A DNA stretch of 63,912 bases, the filler included, from Platydemus manokwari (Eukaryota): assembly GCA_037951405.1 (NCBI GenBank). It is 5 parts of 5 records of this genome, joined end to end, with 100 filler letters (N's around TTAATTAATTAA, not from the genome) between each part and the next. Parts side by side here need not be neighbours in the genome. Positions count along the whole stretch, not along the records: positions 41,485 to 54,377 come from JBBMOY011921383.1; positions 54,478 to 63,912 come from JBBMOY011249763.1; 3 more parts are not named here. One strand, given 5' to 3'. The notes under the pieces are model-generated. The model saw only the letters and a program-made list of their open reading frames with translations, did no database searches and was not told where the DNA came from. Made by a program: the position numbers and the translations under genes. This document shows positions 53,790 through 63,912 of this stretch, one piece after another. The stretch's first letter is position 1; each line of letters starts with the position of its first letter.

Positions 53790-54377
53790 GGCAAATAAAT
53801 TGTCATCTGTTTCTGCGCATGAAAATTCTGTAGCAGAATAAAATATATCACTTGATTAAATTTAATCGAGAGATATTTTTTCTACCTAATAAATTTATTT
53901 AGAGAGAATTTCTCTCACCAGTGAATAAATTCTATCGATAAAATAATAAATATTCAGTGGCATTAAATTTAATCGCAGACAGTATCTGCGAGTGATTTCA
54001 ATCAACGTCGACACTATTAGACACAATTTTTGAACATAATTTTTCGGTGTTAATTGCCGTTACTATCCCTGCCTGACGTTACATCAATTGGAGAAGAACC
54101 ATCGTTCAACTTTGATGCATTGAAGAAGATCATCTGGTGCAGAAGATCAATTGTTCCTGTATATGCCTGGCATTTGCTGGAAGACGAAAAGTAAGACCAT
54201 ACCTGTAAAATCACAATCAATATTATATACTGTATTTCGCGTTATTGTCATATTATAGAGCTGTCTCAAAACATCTTAAAGGTAAAGGTTCGGCTTCTAT
54301 TGTTGGAGTTTTGTCTTTTTAATTTAGATTTGTGAGTTCGACTACCGGTTGAAGCGCAATGTCAATCCGGTAGGTGC
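53790..54377 (-). repeat. Dispersed repeat homologous to 11670-12140; the last ~35 bp match 7136-7167
   Basis: Direct sequence comparison; CCGGTTGAAGYGCAATGTCAATC occurs at both 7136 and 54345. Confidence 0.7.
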
Positions 54378-54477
54378 NNNNNNNNNNNNNNNNNNNNNNN
54401 NNNNNNNNNNNNNNNNNNNNNTTAATTAATTAANNNNNNNNNNNNNNNNNNNNNNNNNNNNNNNNNNNNNNNNNNNN
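54378..54477. other. Artificial contig linker
   Basis: N44-TTAATTAATTAA-N44. Confidence 0.98.
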
Positions 54478-54714
54478 AAATGTTGAATGTTCAATAGCTG
54501 ATGGAAGTTATATATCTGGAAAGAGCACAAATAGCGAATACGATTCGATAAAATGGAAGATTATTTAACGATCATTAGTGTTTGTTCGGGTTATTTATAT
54601 AATAAAGAAGTTATTTATTTTTCAATATTTACCTTATGTGTTAGTGAAATAAGTTTTGACATAGATTTTAGTAGAGAAGAAATATCTTTGAAATTTCATC
54701 TTATACAAGTTTGA
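54478..54714 (+). pseudogene. Polinton minor capsid (penton) C-terminal fragment, copy 1
   Basis: NVECSIADGSYISGKSTNS, QYLP and IDFSREEISLKFHLIQV* resemble Polinton minor capsid motifs (GSYxNG, YLP, IDFRGEEI). Confidence 0.7.
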
Positions 54715-54756
54715 AGAAAGATTTCATTCTTCGTCTCAAACAGGTTTGAAAAAAGA

Positions 54757-55053
54757 ATGGGATTTCGATTCTCAATAAATTTTAATGAGGTTCCTTCAGA
54801 TTTAATTAATTTTCTATCAAGGTATGGAATTGGTAGAACTAATTTTTTGAATTTAATAAATATTTCTAATGTTGAAATTATTATGAGTGATGAATTAAAG
54901 ATCTTTAGTGATAAAAAATATATAATAAAGAATTTGGAAACTACCAAAGAAAAGGGTTCTCATTGGATTTCAATAAGTATACCATATAAAATTTATTTTG
55001 ATCCGCATGGTGTTTTACCAAGTAGGAAAATTTATAATGAAATTAAATTTTAA
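54757..55053 (+). pseudogene. Adenain-like cysteine protease (Polinton PRO), truncated, copy 1
   Basis: IIMSDEL...IIKNLETTKEKGSHWISI...YFDPHGVLP carries the catalytic His and Asp. The Gln/Cys segment is missing. Confidence 0.85.
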
Positions 55054-55123
55054 TGTACTATTCATCATTTGCGAATTCTAAAGAATGAGTTTATGAAAAT
55101 ATATTAATGAGGGGAGTGATAGT

Positions 55124-55414
55124 ATGAAAGGTAATAATAAATATCGTGTAAAATGTATCGAAGAAATAAAAAAGAACTTTGAGAAAGAAATTAGTAAAAC
55201 CAATAGCAACTTGAGGATTTCTACTTATATATCACGTGCGAGATCTGAATTAATTCAAGATAAGGAACAGAGTATAAATGTTCAAGTTGGGGTGCCAAAG
55301 ATTTACGTATATAACTACAAAAATAAACAATCAGTCATATTTATAGAAAATTCAAATAAGGATGTTCATTTTTCAAGATGTTTGACTCTGAACAAAATAT
55401 TTATACTAGAATAA
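55124..55414 (+). CDS. Uncharacterised Polinton-associated ORF, duplicated at 59837-60046 on the minus strand
   Basis: Near-identical peptide EEIKKNFEKEISKTNxNLRISTYISRARSEL in both copies, directly downstream of the protease. Confidence 0.5.
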   Translation: MKGNNKYRVKCIEEIKKNFEKEISKTNSNLRISTYISRARSELIQDKEQSINVQVGVPKIYVYNYKNKQSVIFIENSNKDVHFSRCLTLNKIFILE

Positions 55415-57789
55415 TTGTTTTAAATTTAATATAAAATCTTTGATATTCCAAAAAAGATTTCTATTATTTTGAATTATTGTTTCATAAAAAGTTTTACGCA
55501 GTGTCACTATAAAATTTATTAATGAATTCCTACTGATGTACTTGTGTTTATTTTGATTGTTTTTTGAAGAATTTTGGTGTATGAAAAATGTTTCGCTTTT
55601 ATAGTTTTGTAATAAATCTTGCCATGATCTTAACGATAAATATCAATTACTCCAACATATGTTATATATGATGTAATAAACTGTAAAAATAAATTGAAAC
55701 TAATGCTTTTAAAACTAATTTATAAATCTTAAATAAGAAAAAGTTGATTATCATAAAAACTAAGAATATCAGCCTGGTATATTAATAGCAATATATTACA
55801 GTATAAAATAAAATAAACAACTGATATGTAATGAACATTTTTTAACTTAAAATTTTAACATCGAATCTTCAGTTCCTACTCAAATATTTAATGATTTACT
55901 AATAAAACCATAGATTACTGAATAAATTTTGAAGTTAGAAACAGGAATTAGTCTGCATACTATTTTATTGTAACGATAATTATAATATATTCAGAGATAA
56001 TGTAAATATTAAATTATTAGAAATCTCAATATTTAGGGACCATATTTGTAATCTTCGAAGTAAATAATTGTGTAATGATATTTGATTGGACATAATAATA
56101 ATAATAATAAGATGAGAATACATGTATTTTAATATATTGATTATTATGATCATGTTTGTGATTGAATATATAATTTATTACAATCAATGTAACTGATTTT
56201 ATTATTTAAGCACTATCTCTTTGATACGAAAAGAAAAACGTTTCAAAATTTTCAGTCTTTTATTATTAATTAATTTTTGAAAAGGCGTTTTGATGGGAAA
56301 CGTCTGATCTCAAATTTTGAAAATATTTAATAAATAAATGTAGCTTGTGATAAGAAGATATGAATTCGATTTTAAAAATGAAAAAGAAGTTCACACAAAT
56401 TTTCTTAAAATCAAACACGTAACAATTTTTAAGATTACATGATTAATTGGAGAGTATATCGTGCAGTTTTGTTATTAAATAATCACTTGAGTGCATTGGT
56501 ATTTATATGACGCAAATATGGTAAATTATTTATTCTAAAAATTAAATTAATCTATCACTCAAATTTCTTGTTTTTAAAAACACTGATCATCACAGCGAAC
56601 ACAATATACTGGTTTGGTAATCCGAAGTCCATAAGATTGTTCATTAGTTTATAATTTAAAAAATTGAACTATTCGAAATAATTTAATTTTAATTTGATTT
56701 AAAATTAAATTTAATTTAATTTTTCTTCTGATGTTTTGTAATATTGATAAACGACAAAATATTTAAAACGAATATAAAATAATATCTGATTTCGAATCTA
56801 CTTGTTTTATTAATAATAGCTTTAGACTAATATCAAATACATTTATCTCTGAAATATTCAAACATTATATCTATGGTACATCCTCAATCATATTACATTC
56901 TTTAGAGTTGAATATTCATCATCTATGATTTTTAAAATATATGTAAATAAAAATATTTGTGATATAATTTTGATTTTCCGTGATATGGTAATAATTTCAA
57001 GTTCAAATTATTTAGAAAATATTTCTAAGAGTTAATATAAAATACTTTTTGGGTTTAAAATGCAATTGTATAATTGCATATAATCCATTTACATTAATAT
57101 ATGGAATGTGTAATATATATTTTCGTGTTAAACTTTGAATCACATTAATCCGTTATGTTCAAATTAATCGTTAAATTATTTTGGTTAGGAAAAAATGATG
57201 AAGTTCCAATATTAAACTCGGATTACTTTACAGAAAAGTCCTGATTTCAATGAATAATTTATAGATGAAGAACTTTCATCACTAATATAATATAAATGTA
57301 AAATATAACGAACTGTGAATCAAACTTGCTTTAATAATATTAATAGAATATGCTTTGATCTCCAAGAGCTTATTTAAAATTTCAAACTGATTTCCGTCAA
57401 ACTTACATCAATCAAAACATTTTATTTTAATTCCTAACGGTATCATAATTCCAGTGTTTTTTGTAAGAGGAACATTTTTTAATTTTCTTTTTTTTCCGAT
57501 TTTCATATCATTTTATCTTTTTTTTCATTTTATAAACTTGTTGTGTCACTGACAACCTTGAGTGATATAACATTGCCAAAATTCATAACACAGCAAATTC
57601 TATAAATCGATAGAAATACAGTATTGTCTTTACAACATTAGATAATTAAATTAACATTATATTACGAGCTTATTTTGAAATTATTGCATCATACAGACAT
57701 AAATATTTCAAGAGATAGTCATTAAATTGAAAACAAGAGCTGCAATTAAAATAATATGTAATTATTTTCTATAGATTTTATAGTTTGAT

Positions 57790-58110
57790 TGTCCAGATAT
57801 TTCCCCACATGCTCTAGAGGTAATGATTGAGGTGTTGTTTTATCATTTGTATTAACTGATATCGCAAAGAAAACTTTAGTGATATACACACATAAATAAA
57901 TATTAATTTTGTGAGTAGCATTCATTTGTAATTATAACTTCTTAGTCCAATTTACCTGCATTTATTTTATATTCATTGTTCCTACTAAAACAAGAAATGA
58001 AACAATCATCTTTTATGCATGTGTTATTGTTTTTTTGTATTTTGTGCTTCACAACTCAACAAAGCAATATGCCTATTGTCATAGATTCCTGATACATGCA
58101 ATGATTGATT
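57790..58110 (-). mobile_element. Decayed PIF1-type helicase fragment, Helitron-like
   Basis: IIACIRNL and KVFFAISVN...QSLPLEHVGKYL resemble PIF1 IMLLRNL and LAFAMTINKSQGQSLxxVGLYL. Confidence 0.45.
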
Positions 58111-59099
58111 GACTAAATTTGCATTAAAGGTTGAATTTTTACTGCCTGAATTTGAAGTTTCTTATTAAAGGAAACATTCAAAATAAACTAGATATATCCA
58201 CCATGTTACCGAGTGAAATTGAATAATATAAATAATCCACTGTATACCCAATCACGTTCTCAATTTGTGCAAATTTGTTCACTTGGTTATATGTAAAATT
58301 CAAACATATTAAAACACTGGTAATTTTACATTGATCAATAATTTGTTTTTGTTTTACTAACTATCAATTTTTAACGAAATTGAGCAATTGACTCATTATT
58401 GTGTTTTTAAAATATCTAAATCGTCTGTAACATACAGTGGGACAATACTCTGAACGAAATCTAGTTTTCATAAAATGGCTTTTTGACTTGAAAAACATTC
58501 CGACTAAGAGTTGTGAGAACAAAGTGTAAAAATCATTACGATAATCAATCCAAAAAGTTATAAATATACAGAAATTGGAATATTATTAAATTTATTTTTA
58601 AGCCGTTTGATACAATCCTTGTTTGATAGTTTTCCACGGATATGAAGGAAAGAAAATAGGAAGACAGATGCATTCACATCATTATATGTCTCTTTGAATG
58701 GAACCAATGCTTATTTCAATATTAAAAATGGCATTATTTAAAATAAAAGGTTAAACCATGACTTTACTAAAAATGTATTTAATTCCAGAAATATATATAT
58801 GAGATGAGCAAGAAAGTGAATAATCTGGAGTTAAATAACTTGATTGTATATATTTGAATTGATTAAAATTTTAACTTACAAAGAATCACATTTAAATAGA
58901 TCAAACAGTAAATGTCTCGAGAAGTTGAATCATTCAAAATTATCAGATTTTTGTACAAAAACAAAACTTTTCAAATATAAATAATAAAGTATAATTTTTT
59001 GTAAATGAATTTATATATAATATGTAAAAGTTATTTGATTAATGATCCTAAAATGTGTTTAAATATTTTTTGTACAAAATAATTGAATAAATAAAGGTT

Positions 59100-59730
59100 T
59101 CATGCGTCTTTTTCTGTTTATTTAACGTTAATATAAAAATATTGAGATTAAATTGATAACGAAAGTTAATTATTTAAGAGACAATTGTATGGAAATTTCG
59201 TCCAATGGACAGTGGATAATGAAAATAGATTTAAATTAAAACTCAAAATTAAATTTGAAACTAATATGACTAAAGAACTCGAAAATAATTTGAATAATCC
59301 TACGAGTTGTATTTATTGTAAAAATAAATTCATTGAAGGAGCTTTAAAAGTTAGATGTCATGATCTTTATCTAAAATATTACCCTTTTGCATGAAGTGTT
59401 TGTGATAAATGTAATTTATTTGCAACGAAACCAAAAGATTTTCCATTATATTCTTACAATTGGTCAAAATATGATTTTCATTTTATAATACAAGAAATCG
59501 CGAAGAAATCTGACATAAATCTGAAATCAATATCATTAACTGATGAGACTTATATCTCTTTTAATCATGGTTGTGTAAGTTTTATTAATACATTAAGGTT
59601 ATTGCAAAATTTATTAGATGATGTAAGCAAATCTTTAGAAACCGAAGAATTTAGAGAATTAAACAAAGAATTCTGAAATGGTTTAGATTTAGATTTATTG
59701 ATACAAAAGTAATTTATCCATATAATAAAT
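59100..59730 (+). pseudogene. Protein-primed family B DNA polymerase fragment (zinc finger/exonuclease region)
   Basis: CIYCKNKF...KVRCHD, CDKCNL, FPLYSYNWSKYDFHFIIQEI, FINTLRLL and IYPY correspond to the Polinton pPolB motifs KVRDH, HNLxxYDxH, FIDS and KGxYPY. Confidence 0.85.
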
Positions 59731-60229
59731 TGAACTAGATTACCACCAATATATTGCCTTTATTCTATATTTTATTCGTGTACTTTGTTCAGAGTGAAAC
59801 ATCTTGACAAATGATCATTCATAATTGAATTTTCTATCAAACTAACCGATTATCAAAATTTAAAGTCATATTTGTAATATGACAGTGGTTATATACAAAG
59901 TTTTTTGGCACTCCAAGTTGAACCTTAATATTCTGTTTGTTATCTTGCATTAATTCAGATCTAGCACGTGATATATAAGTAGAAATCCTCAAGTTGTTAT
60001 TGGTTTTACTAATTTCTTTCTCAAAGTTCTTTTTAATTTCTTCCATACATTTTACACGGTATTTATTATTACCTTTTATACTATTACTCTACTCATTAAT
60101 ATATTTTCTATCATAAACTTGTTCTTTGGCAATAATCATTTTTTTGAAAATTTATCATATCATTTATAATCCAATATGGGAACAATAGACATTTTTAAAT
60201 TGCAACTTTAAGGTAGTAATAGAATTCCG

Positions 60230-60655
60230 CATACACCGAATAATATAATTAAATTTTATTTCATTATGTAAATAATTAAATAATATAAAACATACAAAGA
60301 TAATTGTTCTCAGATTTCCTATTCTGTTTATATTTAAATTTAATTATAAACAAAATCTACTTTAAAGAAATTTTTAACTTCTCTGGTTGGTAAAATTTCA
60401 TGAGGATCAAAAAAATTTAATGTGGTTTATTTATTGAAACCCAATGAGAACTCTTTTCTTTGGTAGTTTTCAAATTCATTATTATATATTTTTTATCAGT
60501 AAAATTCTTTAATTAGTCTCTCATAATAATTTCAATGTTCAAGTTTAAATCATTAGAAATTTCTATTAAATCAAAAAGGTAGTTCTACCAATACCAAAAA
60601 AATTATTTAATCCGAAGGAATCTCATTGAAACTTATTGATAAGCACAATTCCATT
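60230..60655 (-). pseudogene. Adenain-like protease, copy 2, with multiple stops
   Basis: Reverse-complement homolog of 54757-55053. It extends into DFVYN*I*I*TE*EI*EQLSLYVLYYL, a decayed YNxxQIQ...CG...LY segment. Confidence 0.75.
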
Positions 60656-60699
60656 CCTTCCCCACATCTGTTTTTGAGACAAAAAATGAAATCCTTCTT

Positions 60700-61260
60700 C
60701 AAACTTGTATGAGATGAAGTTTACAGATATTTCTTCTCCTCCAAAATCTATTTAAAAGATAATTTCACAAACACATAAGGTAAATATTGAAAAATAAATA
60801 ACTTGTTTTACTTCTTTATTATATAAATAACCCGAACAAACACTATTGGACGTTAAACTATAAATAATATTCGATTTCGAAGCGTATTCACTATTTGTGC
60901 GTATTTGAGATATATAACGTCCGTTAGTTATTGAACGTTCAACATTTATTAACGAAAGTTCAGTTATATTTATTTTATTTTCTCATAAATGAGTTCCAGA
61001 TGGATATATTTATTTATTTTCAAATCCCAAATTATCTCTTGTGTATTGACGTATTAATGTTTTACTATTTTTGTGTTTTTTATATTAGGAATTTCTCTAA
61101 CACTTTATGGCATTGTATATAAGTCATGATTATTTTCAAAAGAAATATATACAGACATTAAACCAATTTCATTCTCAAATATTTTATCTAAGGTTAATAA
61201 AACTGGAGAAGTAAATTTCTCTTTCAATCTTTTACTACTAGATATTTTACTAGATAATTT
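60700..61260 (-). pseudogene. Polinton minor capsid (penton), copy 2, longer
   Basis: EKFTSPVLLTLDKIFENEIGLMSV (N-terminal FxPPIxL...EIGL type) and INVERSITNGRYIS, plus homology to copy 1. Confidence 0.65.
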
Positions 61261-61419
61261 TTAGATATAAAGGTAATTAACTCACAAGAATTCCACTTCA
61301 TTTTATAATACCACCTTTATGAATATTGTTCATATATTGTTCATAAAATCTTTCACATTTTACAATCGGTAACTTTTTATGTTTTGTATTTTTTACTGAA
61401 TCATATATGGCATTATCTT

Positions 61420-61610
61420 CATAAAGATTTAAATGAAGGCCGGCTCAAGTATTTTCTTTTGACTTTAATTACGCTAATTCCTCTTTTATTTTCTCAATTT
61501 CCATGATTTACTGCGGTTGCAACTTTGCAATTTTAGCAGCTCCAAGTAAACCTGCTAATATTGGTGGCAATGTAGCTAATGACGGACAAACTCCACTTTC
61601 ATATCTTTTT
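61420..61610 (-). pseudogene. Polinton/adintovirus-type amphipathic-helix accessory protein remnant
   Basis: ESGVCPSLATLPPILAGLLGAAKIAK, then a charged helix and AGLHLNLY, resembles the GGFLPxL...LAG...GLYLxPY pattern recalled for Polinton accessory ORFs. Confidence 0.5.
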
Positions 61611-63003
61611 CAAATTTATCAAATATTTCACCAATTATGGTAAAAAGATTTTAGATTTTCGAGTTGAATTATTATTTTCAAAAGGTTTTCATCGTTTTAC
61701 ATTTTTTAAATAAATATTTTAAGATTAAATTTAATATTGTATTGTAAACATCTTTCAACATTCAACTAATATTTTAAATTATTATTTATTATTTGTAAGT
61801 AATTATTTGTTTTGATATCAAATTACATTTTATTGACGGGATAGTTATAGCTATTCAATTTAAACTTTAATGATTTTATATATTTATCATTTCCAATATT
61901 TTGAATAAACTTTAAATTAGCATTAGTATTTTCATAAAATAATACTATCGGATTCATCAGGGGTGATGACATAAACAAATCAATATTTAATTTCTTTCTA
62001 TACTTTGGCACACGTGGGTCACTCTCTATCATAGAACTATTATGAATCATTTTGTTTTTTATGTGTTCCAGGATCTTTTAAATATTTAATTGATGTAAAT
62101 TGTTGACTGCAAATTCCTGCATTGTCTAAAATTTCTAGATATTTATCCATATCGTTAACGAAAAATTTTCCTTCATATTTCAGTCTTTCTAGAAAATGCT
62201 TCTTAGTTTATAAAAAAAATTGCACTGCTCATTTTCACCTGGTGCAATCGGAAGTTAAAATTTTTGTATAGCCTCATTTAAAGTTTCATGTTTTTATTAA
62301 CGTTTGTTTTTAAGTGTCCAATCACCAGGAGACTTTTATCTTGATTTTGTACAACGAGTGCTGATAATGGTTTATCAAATTTAGTAATGCACCAATTTAA
62401 CAAAATTGTAGAATGTTGTTTTTCTTCAACTTCAGTTTGTATTTTAATTTTTAAGGTAACAATCTGTTTTAATTCGTCTATTCTTTTATTTATGGTATTT
62501 TAATTTTTAAATGTATGTGTTCAGTTTTCTTTTTCATAGAAATTGTAAACCGATCTGCAAAAATCAAATTTTTATCTTTATCATTGTCTTTGTCATTTTT
62601 AGATTTTAAAATTGTATAAGACAAAAAGATATGAAAACTTATTTAACAAACCAATTTATCTTAAAATTCAATAATATAAGATTAATAATTTCTGATTTTT
62701 TGAAATATTTTTTTAATCTTTTTTGATTTATTCAAAATAATATACGAATTTTTTTAATCTATATTTTGTCTTCAATAAGGACACTTATTATCTTAATATT
62801 TTTATTTCATACATGTTTACAAAAAGTAAGCATAAATGTTTTACCATAACACATTATATATTCAGAATTTTTAAAATTTTTAATAATCGTTTTTCATTTC
62901 CCTCAAAAAATTTTATTATTTGTCTCCATTTTTAATGATTATTTTAAGATTTTAAAAATGAAAAAAAAAATTTTTGTGAGATGTGTAATAAATACAAAAT
63001 TAA

Positions 63004-63340
63004 ATGAATTGTATGAATAATTTGAATGGTTTGAATTGTTCTAATGACAATGCAAATCGTATGAATGTTACGAATAAAAGTACGAATGATTCGAATAAAA
63101 GTAAGAATTTCATTAATGAAATTATGAATAAAATGACAAATAAAAGTAAGAAATTCAATGGTTTCGAATTTATTGGGGGTAATTCAGCTAAGCTGAAGTC
63201 TATAGGCGAGATACCAAAACCAATTACAAATAATTACTTTTTAAATAAATTTAGTACTGGTTGTTATCCGGGGAAATTTTAATTAAGAAGTATGAATCCA
63301 TTAAACAAAAGTGATCCTGTTCATAAATTTACGAGTCAAA
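63004..63340 (+). pseudogene. N-rich ORF ending in a possible decayed parvovirus/adintovirus-type PLA2 motif
   Basis: TGCYPGKF*LRSMNPLNKSDPVH weakly resembles YxGPG...PxNxLD...HD. Confidence 0.3.
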
Positions 63341-63865
63341 TATGGGTTCGAGTGTTGGTTCAATGTCAATGCTAAAGCAGTTGAAATATTTTCATTACCA
63401 ATGAAACACAATCAATTTGAGAGGAACTCTTAAAATCTTTGTCTATTATTTCAATGTCGAAATCTTTTGGAAGATCTATTGTAATGACTACTCTCTACTA
63501 AAACTGTTACATGGACAACCCACACAAAGTTTTCCTATGTTCGTTATGATAAGAATATGGGATCTGTTCAGACACTTATCACCTCAAATACTTGCTTATG
63601 ATTTAGTCTAAATTACTAAAACTATATATAGTCTAAACTAAACTAACTAAAAAATATACATATAATTAGAGTTTTTAAATATAAAAATGAATTTGAGAAT
63701 ACCACATAAAGGTCAATAATATATTTATTATGAAAACCAAGCGTATTACTTATAGATTTGAATAGAGAAAATTTTTTGTGAACATTTTATAGTAATGAGC
63801 TGAGTAAAACAAATTTTTAATATATTTATATCAAATTTTAAAAGAAATGTATATATATATATATA

Positions 63866-63912
63866 TACCAGGTTGAGTCAAAAGTTATTCATGTTTTTAT
63901 GCAGGTATTTTA
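63866..63912 (+). mobile_element. Possible Tc1/mariner terminus inserted in a (TA)n run
   Basis: (TA)n followed by CCAGGTTGAGTCAAAAG; cut off by the window end. Confidence 0.35.

Larger units (their letters stand above)
54478..63340. mobile_element. Rearranged Polinton/Maverick (adintovirus-like) relic region
   Basis: Fragments of minor capsid protein, adenain-like protease (two copies), protein-primed PolB and accessory-type ORFs co-occur on one contig. Confidence 0.85.

Noticed and set aside
1-63912. CRISPR arrays, tRNA/rRNA genes and prokaryotic defence systems
   Set aside because: None seen; the sequence is eukaryotic with spliceosomal introns.

Overview
Very AT-rich animal genomic DNA; the gene content and 35-50 nt introns suggest a flatworm, which is an inference. 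The window is five unrelated contigs joined by artificial 100-bp linkers (N44-TTAATTAATTAA-N44), so adjacency across linkers means nothing. Host genes: a C-terminally truncated Na/K-type P-ATPase ORF, a 655-aa protein with two divergent KH-like folds, an atypical dual-specificity phosphatase, a multi-exon RBBP6 head-to-head with a calbindin/calretinin-like gene, and a small MS4A/CD20-like protein. Mobile DNA: a near full-length decayed Gypsy element, two further Gypsy fragments, solo LTRs, two hAT MITEs, mariner-like ends, transposase and helicase relics, and a rearranged Polinton/adintovirus-like relic filling much of the last contig. The most unusual item is the Gypsy element at 13.3-20.0 kb. 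In the env position, between integrase and the PPT/3' LTR, it carries a decayed ORF reading as a signal peptide, about three tandem fibronectin type III-like repeats and a possible membrane anchor. All calls were made by eye; no searches were run.
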